64,000 nucleotides of DNA from an uncultured Acidobacteriota bacterium (GTDB taxonomy: Bacteria; Acidobacteriota; Thermoanaerobaculia; Thermoanaerobaculales; Sulfomarinibacteraceae), in assembly GCA_963814875.1 (NCBI GenBank), contig CAWFFJ010000026.1, positions 82,184 through 146,183 on the forward strand. Reading direction: 5' to 3'. This document shows positions 25,682-34,224 of the stretch, one piece after another. The notes under the pieces were generated by a model. It was not told where the DNA came from, ran no database searches, and worked only from the letters and a program-made list of their open reading frames with translations. The position numbers and the translations under genes are program-made. How positions within the stretch are numbered: position 1 is the stretch's first letter; every line of letters starts with the position of its first letter.

Positions 25682-27883
25682 ATGATGAGCGGCGCGGTGA
25701 AGGTCCGCTTCGAGGACATCCTCAACTCCGTCGAGTCCTACCGGCACGACATGAATGAGGATCTGCTTCGCCACGCCTACGTCTTCGCCGCCAACCGCCA
25801 CCAGGGACAGGTCCGGCGTTCGGGCGAGGCGTACATGGTGCACCCGCTGGCCGTGGCCCTGAGTCTCGCCGAGATGGAGCTCGACGAGGTCGCCATCGCC
25901 GCTGGGCTGCTCCACGACATCCTCGAGGACACAGCCTGCACCGTCGACGAGCTGGCGGTCGAGTTCGGACCGGAGGTGACGCGGCTGGTCGTTGCCCTGA
26001 CCAAGATCTCCGGCTATGAGTCCAGCTTCTCGAGCCGCGAAGCGACCGAGGCGGAGAACTTCCGTCGCCTGCTGCTGGCCTCGATGGACGACGTGCGGGT
26101 GATCTTGATCAAGCTTGCCGACCGGCTCCACAACATGCGAACGCTCGAGTTCCTGCGCCGCGAGCGTCAGGTCTCGATCGCACGCGAGACACTCGAGATC
26201 TATGCGCCGATCGCCAACCGGCTCGGTATCGGTGCGATCAAGGGCGAGCTCGAGGATCTCTGTTTCCGCTATCTCCACCCCAAGGAGGCCGAGCGCCTCG
26301 AGCAGGAGGTGGAGGGCCGCGCGAACGCCGCTCAGCGCTGGTTCACCGAGATCCGAACCGAGATCGAGCAGATGCTCGCGGAGCACGGTATCCACCCGAT
26401 GGTGAAGGGCCGGGTCAAGCACCTGTACTCGATCTTCCTCAAGCTGCGCCAGCAGGGAATCGACGTCTCGAATGTGTTCGACTTTCTTGCCTTCCGTGTG
26501 ATCGTCGACACCGTCGCAGAGTGCTACGCGACCCTGGGGCTGATCCACCAGAAGTGGTCGCCGCTTCCTGGTCGGATCAAGGACCACATCGCAATTCCAA
26601 AGCCGAACGCGTACCAGTCATTGCACACCACGGTAATCGGGCCTGAGGGGCATCCGTTCGAGATCCAGATCCGCACCTGGGACATGCACAAGATCGCGGA
26701 GTTCGGGATCGCCGCGCACTGGAACTACAAGGAGAAGGGCTCGGGCACGATCTCGAACGACTCGCGCATCTCGTGGCTGCGCAGCCTGATGACCGACATC
26801 GAGGGGTCGACGCCGCGCGAGTTTCTCGACTCGCTCAAAGTCGATCTCTACCCCGACGAGGTCTACTGCTTCACACCGAGGGGCGACGTCTTCTCATTTC
26901 CGCGCGGTTCGACGATTCTCGATTTTGCCTATCGTGTCCACACCGAGGTCGGCCACCATTGCGTCGGCGGCCGGATTAACGGCCGGTGGGTACCGATCAA
27001 GACCGAGCTCACCAACGGCGACATCATCGAGATCACGACCTCACCCCAGCAGAACCCTCACCACGACTGGCTCAACCACGTCGTCACCAACCGCGCGCGG
27101 TCGAAGATCCGCGCCTGGCTCAAGCGCGAGGAGAAGGCGCGCGCGGTCGAGGTCGGGCGCAAGCTGCTCGAGCGCGAGCTGCGAAAGGGAGGCGTCGGGC
27201 TCCGCAAGGCGACGAGCGCCGAAGCCCTGCAGAAGGTCCTCACCACCCACGGTCTCGCCGCCGAGGAGGACATGCTGGCGGCGATTGGCTTCGGCCGCCT
27301 GGCGGCGTCCACGATCGCCGCCGAGCTGTGCCTTGAAGAGGCGCCGGCCGGCGGTGTCGAATCGGGCATTCCGCGCAGCGAACGGGTCGTGCCGCTTGGA
27401 CGCGAGCCGGCTGTGCTCGAGGTCACCGGTGACGCCGACTTCCTGGTCTACGTGGCCAAGTGCTGCAGTCCGTTGCCGGGCGAGGAGATTGTGGGCTTCG
27501 TCACACGAGGCAAGGGGGTCGCGGTCCACTCCCGCCAGTGTCCGAACGTGAAGAACCTGCTCTACCACCCGGAGCGGGAGATCGAGGTCCGGTGGGCGTC
27601 GTCCGCCGGCAGCGCGCGGTCGCAGGCGACCCGGGTCGACCTCGACATGGTGTTCGAGGACCAGCCTGGGATGCTCGCGGCGATCTCCCACCAGATCTCG
27701 TCGGAAGGGTGCAACATCCTCAGCGGGCAGCTGCGCACGGACGGCGACCACACCGGATTCGCCGCCATGACGATCGCGGTGCGAGACGCAGCCCAGCTCA
27801 ATCGGGTGCTGGAGAAACTGTTGGAGCTGAACGGGATGCAGCAGGTCGAGAGGCGAGGAGCCCCTACGCGAGCGCGGGCTTGA
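25682..27883 (+). CDS. relA: Bifunctional (p)ppGpp synthetase/hydrolase (RelA/SpoT homologue)
   Basis: 733 aa. Has the HD hydrolase motif (MVHPLAVA...LHDILEDT), a synthetase domain, TGS (YCFTPRGDVFSFPRGST) and a C-terminal ACT-like domain. Confidence 0.92.
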   Translation: MMSGAVKVRFEDILNSVESYRHDMNEDLLRHAYVFAANRHQGQVRRSGEAYMVHPLAVALSLAEMELDEVAIAAGLLHDILEDTACTVDELAVEFGPEVTRLVVALTKISGYESSFSSREATEAENFRRLLLASMDDVRVILIKLADRLHNMRTLEFLRRERQVSIARETLEIYAPIANRLGIGAIKGELEDLCFRYLHPKEAERLEQEVEGRANAAQRWFTEIRTEIEQMLAEHGIHPMVKGRVKHLYSIFLKLRQQGIDVSNVFDFLAFRVIVDTVAECYATLGLIHQKWSPLPGRIKDHIAIPKPNAYQSLHTTVIGPEGHPFEIQIRTWDMHKIAEFGIAAHWNYKEKGSGTISNDSRISWLRSLMTDIEGSTPREFLDSLKVDLYPDEVYCFTPRGDVFSFPRGSTILDFAYRVHTEVGHHCVGGRINGRWVPIKTELTNGDIIEITTSPQQNPHHDWLNHVVTNRARSKIRAWLKREEKARAVEVGRKLLERELRKGGVGLRKATSAEALQKVLTTHGLAAEEDMLAAIGFGRLAASTIAAELCLEEAPAGGVESGIPRSERVVPLGREPAVLEVTGDADFLVYVAKCCSPLPGEEIVGFVTRGKGVAVHSRQCPNVKNLLYHPEREIEVRWASSAGSARSQATRVDLDMVFEDQPGMLAAISHQISSEGCNILSGQLRTDGDHTGFAAMTIAVRDAAQLNRVLEKLLELNGMQQVERRGAPTRARA

Positions 27884-28061
27884 CCACCTTGCCGGAGCGG
27901 ATGCAGCGGGTGCACACCCGCACCGTCTTGGTCGATCCGTCAACCACCGCGCGGACGCGCTGCAGGTTGGGCAACCAGCGCCGCTTGGAGACGTTGTGGG
28001 CGTGAGAGATCGTATGTCCAGTCATCGGGCCCTTGCCGCAGATTTCACATCGCTGCGCCAT
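27864..28061 (-). CDS. rpmB: 50S ribosomal protein L28
   Basis: MAQRCEICGKGPMTGHTISHAHNVSKRRWLPNLQRVRAVV. GGAGG lies 7 nt upstream of the start. Confidence 0.92.
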   Translation of the reverse strand: MAQRCEICGKGPMTGHTISHAHNVSKRRWLPNLQRVRAVVDGSTKTVRVCTRCIRSGKVVKPALA

Positions 28062-28106
28062 CGCTGATCCTCCTCAGGAGTCTCCCCAGGCGCGGGGAGG
28101 CCAATT

Positions 28107-28135
28107 GTGATACCACAACCCGTGGCGGAAGGCAA
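28107..28135 (-). promoter_or_regulatory. Candidate sigma70-type promoter of rpmB
   Basis: On the minus strand: TTGCCT (28135-28130), 17-nt spacer, TATCAC (28112-28107). Confidence 0.35.
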
Positions 28136-28177
28136 GATCCAGCGTCCCGAGGCCGCTATTTGTTGGCGTCTATGTTC

Positions 28178-28207
28178 TTGACAGTTCGCCTCGCCGTTTG
28201 CTAGCCT
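28178..28207 (+). promoter_or_regulatory. Candidate promoter of the pil operon
   Basis: TTGACA (28178-28183), 18-nt spacer, TAGCCT preceded by TGc (TGCTAGCCT 28199-28207). It lies about 60 nt upstream of GTG 28266. Confidence 0.35.
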
Positions 28208-28265
28208 GCGACATAGAGGGGTTATGAATCATTCTGCGAAAACTTCGGGGAACAAGGTGTGAGCC

Positions 28266-29315
28266 GTGTTTGGAAAGAGTAAGAAGCAGGTCGTCGGCTG
28301 CGATATCGGTTCCTCGTCGATCAAGCTGGTGGAACTTAAGGCGTTGAAAAACGGCGAGTTCCAACTCCAGCACGCGGCGGTCTCCGAGCTCAGCCCGGAG
28401 GCCATCGTGGATGGCGCCATCATGGACTCGTCCCTCGTCGTCGACGCCTTGTCACGGCTGATTTCCGAGAGCAACGTCCGGAATCCCAACTTCGGAACGT
28501 CGCTTTCGGGGCACTCGGTAATCATCAAGAAAATCCAGCTTCCGTCGATGACCGAGGCCGAGCTGGCCGAGTCGATCCAATGGGAAGCGGAACAGTACAT
28601 TCCCTTTGACATCAACGATGTGAATTTGGACTACGTTGTTCTCGGCCAGACCGGTGGCGACACCATGGACGTGCTGCTGGTTGCGGTCAAGAAAGACCGC
28701 ATCGCCGACTACACCTCGGTCGTCGTACAGGGCGGAAAGGAGCCCGTGCTGGTCGATGTTGACGTGTTCGCTCTGCAGAACGCCTACGAGACGAACTACG
28801 GTATCGGCGACGAGACCGTGGCCCTCGTCAACGTGGGTGCTTCTGTGATGAACATCAACATAATCCACCACGGAGCGTCGATTTTTTGGCGAGACGTGGC
28901 GTTCGGCGGCAACCAGTTCACGGAGGCGATTCAGCGAGAGCTCAATCTACCGCGCGAAGACGCCGAGCGCGTCAAGCTCGGTGACCGGGTCGCAGAGCAC
29001 TCTATCCAGCAGGTACTCGGAGTTCTCAACAGTGTGTCCGAGGACCTCGCTGCGGAGCTCCAGAAAACTATCGACTTCTTCGTGGCGACCTCGTCGGTCG
29101 ATCGACTCGACAAGATCGTCCTCGCCGGCGGGTGCGCTCAGGTGCTCAACCTCGACGAGGTGCTCAAGGAGCGATTCCAGGTCGCCGTCGAAGTGATGAA
29201 CCCGTTCCGCAACATCCGGTACAGCGAGTCGGACTTCGATCCCGAGTGGATCAATCGGCACGCGCCGTCGATGGCGGTGGCGGTCGGCCTGGCCGTGCGC
29301 ACGCTCGGAGAATGA
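28266..29315 (+). CDS. pilM: Type IV pilus assembly protein PilM (actin-like ATPase fold)
   Basis: Begins MFGKSKKQVVGCDIGSSSIKLVELK. The length and the downstream pilNOPQ genes support the call. AAGGTG lies 6 nt upstream of the start. Confidence 0.9.
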   Translation: MFGKSKKQVVGCDIGSSSIKLVELKALKNGEFQLQHAAVSELSPEAIVDGAIMDSSLVVDALSRLISESNVRNPNFGTSLSGHSVIIKKIQLPSMTEAELAESIQWEAEQYIPFDINDVNLDYVVLGQTGGDTMDVLLVAVKKDRIADYTSVVVQGGKEPVLVDVDVFALQNAYETNYGIGDETVALVNVGASVMNINIIHHGASIFWRDVAFGGNQFTEAIQRELNLPREDAERVKLGDRVAEHSIQQVLGVLNSVSEDLAAELQKTIDFFVATSSVDRLDKIVLAGGCAQVLNLDEVLKERFQVAVEVMNPFRNIRYSESDFDPEWINRHAPSMAVAVGLAVRTLGE

Positions 29316-29319
29316 CGCG

Positions 29320-29922
29320 ATGATCAAGATCAACCTTGTCGCTGAGGCACCACAGGCCGCGGCCTCCCGTCGCCAGCGCCCCCAGGTCTCGCTCGGCGCG
29401 CGACAGGGAGACGTCATCCTGCTCGGCATTCTCGTGCTGGCCGCCGCGATCACCGGCGGCCACTACTATCTTCTGCACTCGAAGCAGGAGCACGTGAAGC
29501 AGATCGAGAGAGCCCGCAAGCAGGAGCGCGACGAGCTGCAGGTATTCATTCTGAAGGTGCAGGAGTTGGAAAAGAAGCGCACCATCCTCAAGCACAAGAT
29601 CGACGTCATCAACAACCTCAAGGACAGCCAGCAGGGTCCGGTGCGGATCATGGACGAGGTCTCCCGCGCGCTTCCCGACCTCGTATGGCTTGAGCGCCTC
29701 AACCTGAGCGGCGACCTCCTGACTCTCGTGGGTCGCGCCGTGGACGAGAACAACGTCGCGAACTACATCTCGAACCTTGACGCGTCGCCCTTCTTCCAGG
29801 AGCCCACACTCAAGGACCTCGCCCGCGCGGACACGGACACCTTCCGGTTCACGCTGACGTGCGTCTTCACCTATGCGCCGAAGGAGATCGCCGGGGCCAG
29901 CGGCGAGCGCTCCGGGACGTGA
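29320..29922 (+). CDS. pilN: Type IV pilus assembly protein PilN
   Basis: Begins MIKINLV, followed by a single transmembrane segment, a coiled coil, and VWLERLNLSGDLLTLVGRAVDENNVANYISNL. Confidence 0.85.
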   Translation: MIKINLVAEAPQAAASRRQRPQVSLGARQGDVILLGILVLAAAITGGHYYLLHSKQEHVKQIERARKQERDELQVFILKVQELEKKRTILKHKIDVINNLKDSQQGPVRIMDEVSRALPDLVWLERLNLSGDLLTLVGRAVDENNVANYISNLDASPFFQEPTLKDLARADTDTFRFTLTCVFTYAPKEIAGASGERSGT

Positions 29923-29941
29923 GCAGGGGAGGAGCGAAGCC

Positions 29942-30538
29942 ATGGCGCTCGACCTGAACGACAAACCCTGGTACGTGGCGCTGATCGTCGGCCTCGTCCT
30001 CGGTGGCGCGCTGTATGCCGCGATGCACTTCTACGTTTTCGAGGACATCCGTGCGGACATCGCGAGCCGCGAGACGAACATCGCCAAGCTCGAGCGCGAG
30101 ATCGAGAAGGGACGCGCGGCCCAGCGCGACCTGCCCAAGCTCGAGGAGGAGATTCGCAACGATGAGCTCGAGCTCGACCGGCTGAAGCAGATCCTGCCGA
30201 CGCGGCGCGAAACCGACCGGCTGATCAAGAAGGTTCGCCAGCTCACCGAGGCCGGTCACTTCACGCTCGTCCGCTTCACGCCTCAGCCCTTCGTCGAGAA
30301 AGACTTCTACTACGAGTGGCCGATCGCAGTGAACCTGGAGGGTACCTATCACGAGCTCGGACTTCTGTTTGACCGTCTGAGCCGCTTCTCACGAATCATC
30401 AACGTCACCGAGCTCACGATCCTGCCCGCCCGAGCGAAGGGCACGGACGCGACCATCACTGCGACATTCACCGCGCGCACCTTCATCTACAAGGACGAGA
30501 ACGCCGGAAGCCCCAAGGCGGCGGGAGGTGCCCGATGA
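29942..30538 (+). CDS. pilO: Type IV pilus assembly protein PilO
   Basis: Has a transmembrane segment, a coiled coil, and EWPIAVNLEGTYHELGLLFDRLSRFSRIINV. AGGGGAGGAG lies upstream of the start. Confidence 0.85.
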   Translation: MALDLNDKPWYVALIVGLVLGGALYAAMHFYVFEDIRADIASRETNIAKLEREIEKGRAAQRDLPKLEEEIRNDELELDRLKQILPTRRETDRLIKKVRQLTEAGHFTLVRFTPQPFVEKDFYYEWPIAVNLEGTYHELGLLFDRLSRFSRIINVTELTILPARAKGTDATITATFTARTFIYKDENAGSPKAAGGAR

Positions 30539-31056
30539 GCGTGCGGACCCTGCCACTGGCGGCCCTCGTCGCGGTCGCCGCATGGAGCGGCCCGGCGTTC
30601 GCCCAGGCGCCCGCCTCGCCGACTCCGGCGATGGCCGAGCAGCCGTTCGATGACGAGGACCTCGACGTGTCGCGCATCGACCAGATCCTGCGCGGCGAGC
30701 AGCAGGTTCTCCAGGGCGATATGTTCACCTACGATCCGGCCGGACGGCGCGACCCGTTTCAGTCCCTGCTCAATACCCGGCCCGGTGAGAAGGAGCCTGA
30801 AGTCGCGCGTCCTCCAGGCCTTGCCGGGATGTTGATCGAGGAAGTCCGGGTACAGGGCATCGTGTCGACCACGAGCGGTATACTGGCCTTCGTCCAAGGG
30901 CGCGACAAGCTCAGCTACATCATTCGGCCCGGGACCAAGCTGTTCAACGGCGAGGTCGAGCGGATTACGCCGTCCGAGGTCGTGTTCAAGCAGCAGGTGA
31001 GCGATCCGAAGCAGCTGAAACCCTACGAAGAGGTCGTCCGCAGGCTGTCGGATTAG
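30535..31056 (+). CDS. pilP: PilP-like pilus assembly protein
   Basis: Has a signal peptide. Its size and its position between pilO and pilQ fit PilP. It has a C-terminal beta-domain (GIVSTTSGILAFVQGRDKLSYIIRPGTKLFNGEV). ATGA overlap with pilO. Confidence 0.7.
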   Translation: MSVRTLPLAALVAVAAWSGPAFAQAPASPTPAMAEQPFDDEDLDVSRIDQILRGEQQVLQGDMFTYDPAGRRDPFQSLLNTRPGEKEPEVARPPGLAGMLIEEVRVQGIVSTTSGILAFVQGRDKLSYIIRPGTKLFNGEVERITPSEVVFKQQVSDPKQLKPYEEVVRRLSD

Positions 31057-31078
31057 CGTGAGGGTGAAGGAAGTTCGG

Positions 31079-33570
31079 ATGAAAGTGGGGGATGGCATGA
31101 TGATCAAGAACGCCCGCATCCTGGTCGTAGCGGCGGCTTCCTTCGTGCTGCTGGGATCTGGCATCGCGGACGCGGCCACGAGCGCCGTTCCCGTTCTCGA
31201 GGGCTTGGCCACCGAGTCCGGGCCCGACGGGCCGGTGATCCGACTGCGGACGAGCGGCGACCTCGATACCGTGCACTACAGCCCGCAGCCCGGCGTGTGG
31301 ATCGTGGAGATGCCCGAGGCGACGTGGGCCGAGGCAGCGGGAGTGGTCAGCGACCCGGCCATAGGTCTCGATCGCGCGGAGCTCGCCCATGTTGAGGAGT
31401 TTGGCAAGCGGGTGACCCGCCTCACGGTCTGGCTGGCCGAACCGGCCCAGCTCGACGTCGAGCGAGCGGCGGATGGTCTCGAGCTCCGCTTCCAGCCCCT
31501 GCAGGGCCCGCGGGCGGTGGTGCCGCCTAAGGTTGAGAATGACGGCGTAGAGGTCGCGTCGGCACGTGCGCCTGCGGAACCCGCAGCAGACGAGATCGTT
31601 CCCAGTGAGCGTCCGGCACTGCCTCCCGTAGTGATCGCCTCTGCCGATCAACCGGCGCCCGCCGATTCCAGGACCACCAGCGCCGCCTCCGGAGAGAGCC
31701 TCCTCGAGGTCCTCCCCGTCGCGGTCGGCGACGGCGTCCGGATCGAGCTTCGAGCCGACGGCGAGCTCGTCGGTCAGGCATTCACGCTGCCGGAGCCCGA
31801 CCGGATCGTGGTCGACCTGCCGGGGGTCGTCAACCGGGTCTCCCAGAGTGTGGTCTCGGTTGCCTCGCCTCTGGTCCGCCGAGTGCGCGTGGCCCAGTTC
31901 CGCTCTGCTCCCAACCCGGTGACTCGGGTGGTGATCGATCTCACGAGCAAGGCCGCCCACCAGCTCGTCGAAACGCCCAACGGGGCGGTTCTCATCGTTG
32001 GCGACGCCACCTCTTCCGGAGCTGGCGCCGTCGCTGTGGCGGCCGCGAGCGGCGACACCGCCGTTCGGAAGGGTGCCGGGACCATCGAGATGCACCGCTC
32101 GGCTCCGGTGGAGCCGGATCCGGCAGTCGCCGATCCGGCGACCGCCGCCCAGCCTGCAGGCCTGCCTGCCGAGCTGTTTGAGGTGCCCGAGCGCCAGGCC
32201 GCGGCCCCTGAGGCTCCGGCGCCCGACCGCAACCCGTTCGTCGCCGACCCTTCGCAGCTGATCGAATCGGCGACTCCGGGGAGGGTGCTCGATCTCCCCA
32301 CGACCACGGCGGAAACCTACAGCAGCACTGAAGTTGCCAGCCAGGAGCAGCAGTTCACCGGGGAGCCGATCACGCTCACGCTGAAGGACGCTGACATCGC
32401 CGATGTGCTCAAGACCTTCTCTGCGCTGACCAACCTCAACATCGTTCTCGACCCGGGTGTGCGCGGCTCGGTCACGGTCGAGCTGCACGACGTGCCCTGG
32501 GACCAGGCGCTCGACCTCATCCTCAAGATCAACAATCTCGACTATGTCCTCGAGAACAACGTCCTGCGCGTCGCCCCGACCAGCAAGCTTGCCAAAGAGA
32601 AGGCCGACGCGGTGAACTTCCTCAAGCAGCAGGAGTCGGCGCGACCGCTGAAGACGGTCATCAAGCCGGTCTCCTATGCCAAGGCCCAGGACATCAAACA
32701 GATCCTCACCCAGGACTCGACCCTGCTGTCCGACCGCGGCACGGTCACCATCGACGCGCGGACCAACACGCTCATCCTTCGCGACACCGTGGACCGCGTC
32801 GAAGGCGTGCTGCGACTCGTCGACATCCTCGACCAGCCGACACCGCAGGTGGTCATCGAGGGCCGGATCGTCGAGACGACCCGTGACTTTTCCTACAGCC
32901 TCGGCGTCAACTGGGGGTTCAGCGGAGTCAAGGACGCCGCCCACGGCAACGACACCGGGCTCGACTTCCCGAACAGCGCCACCGCCGACGGCAGGGTGGG
33001 GCTCGAGACCGCGGGCAACGGCACCCTGTCCTTGACCTTCGGCGACATCCTCAACACCTTCAACCTCGACTTCCTGCTCTCGGCGGCGGAGTCGGACGGC
33101 GTTGTCAAGATCGTCTCCACGCCGCGGGTGACCACCCAGAACCTGCAGCGTGCATCGATCCGCTCGGGCCTTCAGCTCCCGGTCCAGACGGTCGCCAACA
33201 ACACCGTCACCGTGCAGTACGTCGACGCGACGCTGCGCCTCGACGTGCTGCCCCAGATCACGGCCGAGGGCACCGTGATGCTGGACATCAACATCCGCAA
33301 GCAGGAGGCTCGCAGGCCCTCGGAGCAGCGGTGGCAGGCGGGAACAACGTCCCGATCTTCACCCGCGACGCCCAGACGTCGCTGCTGGTGCGGGACGGCG
33401 GCACCACGGTCATCGCCGGGATCTACCAGATCAACGATCAGAACTCCCAGGACCGAGTCCCAGGACTGTGGAAGGTTCCGATTCTCGGGCATCTCTTCAA
33501 GAACAAGACAGTCTTCAATCGGCACGACGAGCTGCTGATCTTCATCACCCCGAGAATCGTCAAGTATTAG
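31079..33570 (+). pseudogene. pilQ: Type IV pilus secretin PilQ, interrupted by one apparent 1-nt frame change near 33300-33330. This is either a genuine disruption or a sequence error.
   Basis: Has a signal peptide, two AMIN-like segments (RIVVDLPGVV...TRVVIDLT), secretin N domains, and VVIEGRIVETTRDFSYSLGVNWGF. Homology in frame 2 stops after DINIRKQEA. The secretin C-terminus GGNNVPIFTRDAQTSLLVRDGGTTVIAGI...ELLIFITPRIVKY is in frame 1 (ORF 33331-33570). Confidence 0.85.
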
Positions 33571-33583
33571 GTGGAGGCAGACG

Positions 33584-34207
33584 ATGAAACCCTTCGTCCA
33601 GGTGAGCGTCATCGCGGTCGTCGCCGCTCTCGCTGTGTCGTGTGGCGGCAACAGCACGCTCAACGACACCCAGGCGGTGGTCGTGCTTTCGGTGAACATC
33701 GACAAGTACACGCCCGACGTCCCCGTCTGCTTCCCGATCGACCTCGTGATCGAGAACATGAGCGTCAACTCCCAGGCCAAGGACCCGACGACCGGGCTCA
33801 CCAGCAACCAGGACGTCGTCCTGTCACGGTGGGTCGTGACGCCCTACCGTACCGACGGCGGGACCGCGGTCTCGCCGGCGTGGAGCCACGACCTCGACGT
33901 CTACGTCCCTGCTGGCGGCACTGCGACCCTCAACAACTACCGGGTCTATCCGGCGGAGTACCTGACCCAGGCGCCGCTGATCTATCTGCTGCCGGAGAAC
34001 GGCGGCTTCGACCCCGAAACCGGCAACCGCAACATCCGGGAGACCCTCAAGGTCGAGATCTTCGGCCAGACCGTGTCCGGCAAGAGTGTCTCCGTCGTCT
34101 TCCACGTCGCCTTCAACTTCTCGTGCGATGGAGGCGGGACGCCCACCGGACCGACGCCCACGCCTCAGGCCACGCCGAAGGCGATGCTGGGCGACGGGCA
34201 GAACTAG
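33584..34207 (+). CDS. Lipoprotein of unknown function directly downstream of pilQ
   Basis: Has a lipobox (VVAALAVS-C-GGN) and the Shine-Dalgarno GGTGGAGG. It is beta-rich, with a Pro/Thr tail. I recognised no known family. Confidence 0.75.
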   Translation: MKPFVQVSVIAVVAALAVSCGGNSTLNDTQAVVVLSVNIDKYTPDVPVCFPIDLVIENMSVNSQAKDPTTGLTSNQDVVLSRWVVTPYRTDGGTAVSPAWSHDLDVYVPAGGTATLNNYRVYPAEYLTQAPLIYLLPENGGFDPETGNRNIRETLKVEIFGQTVSGKSVSVVFHVAFNFSCDGGGTPTGPTPTPQATPKAMLGDGQN

Positions 34208-34224
34208 GGCGGGGGGCAGGCACC

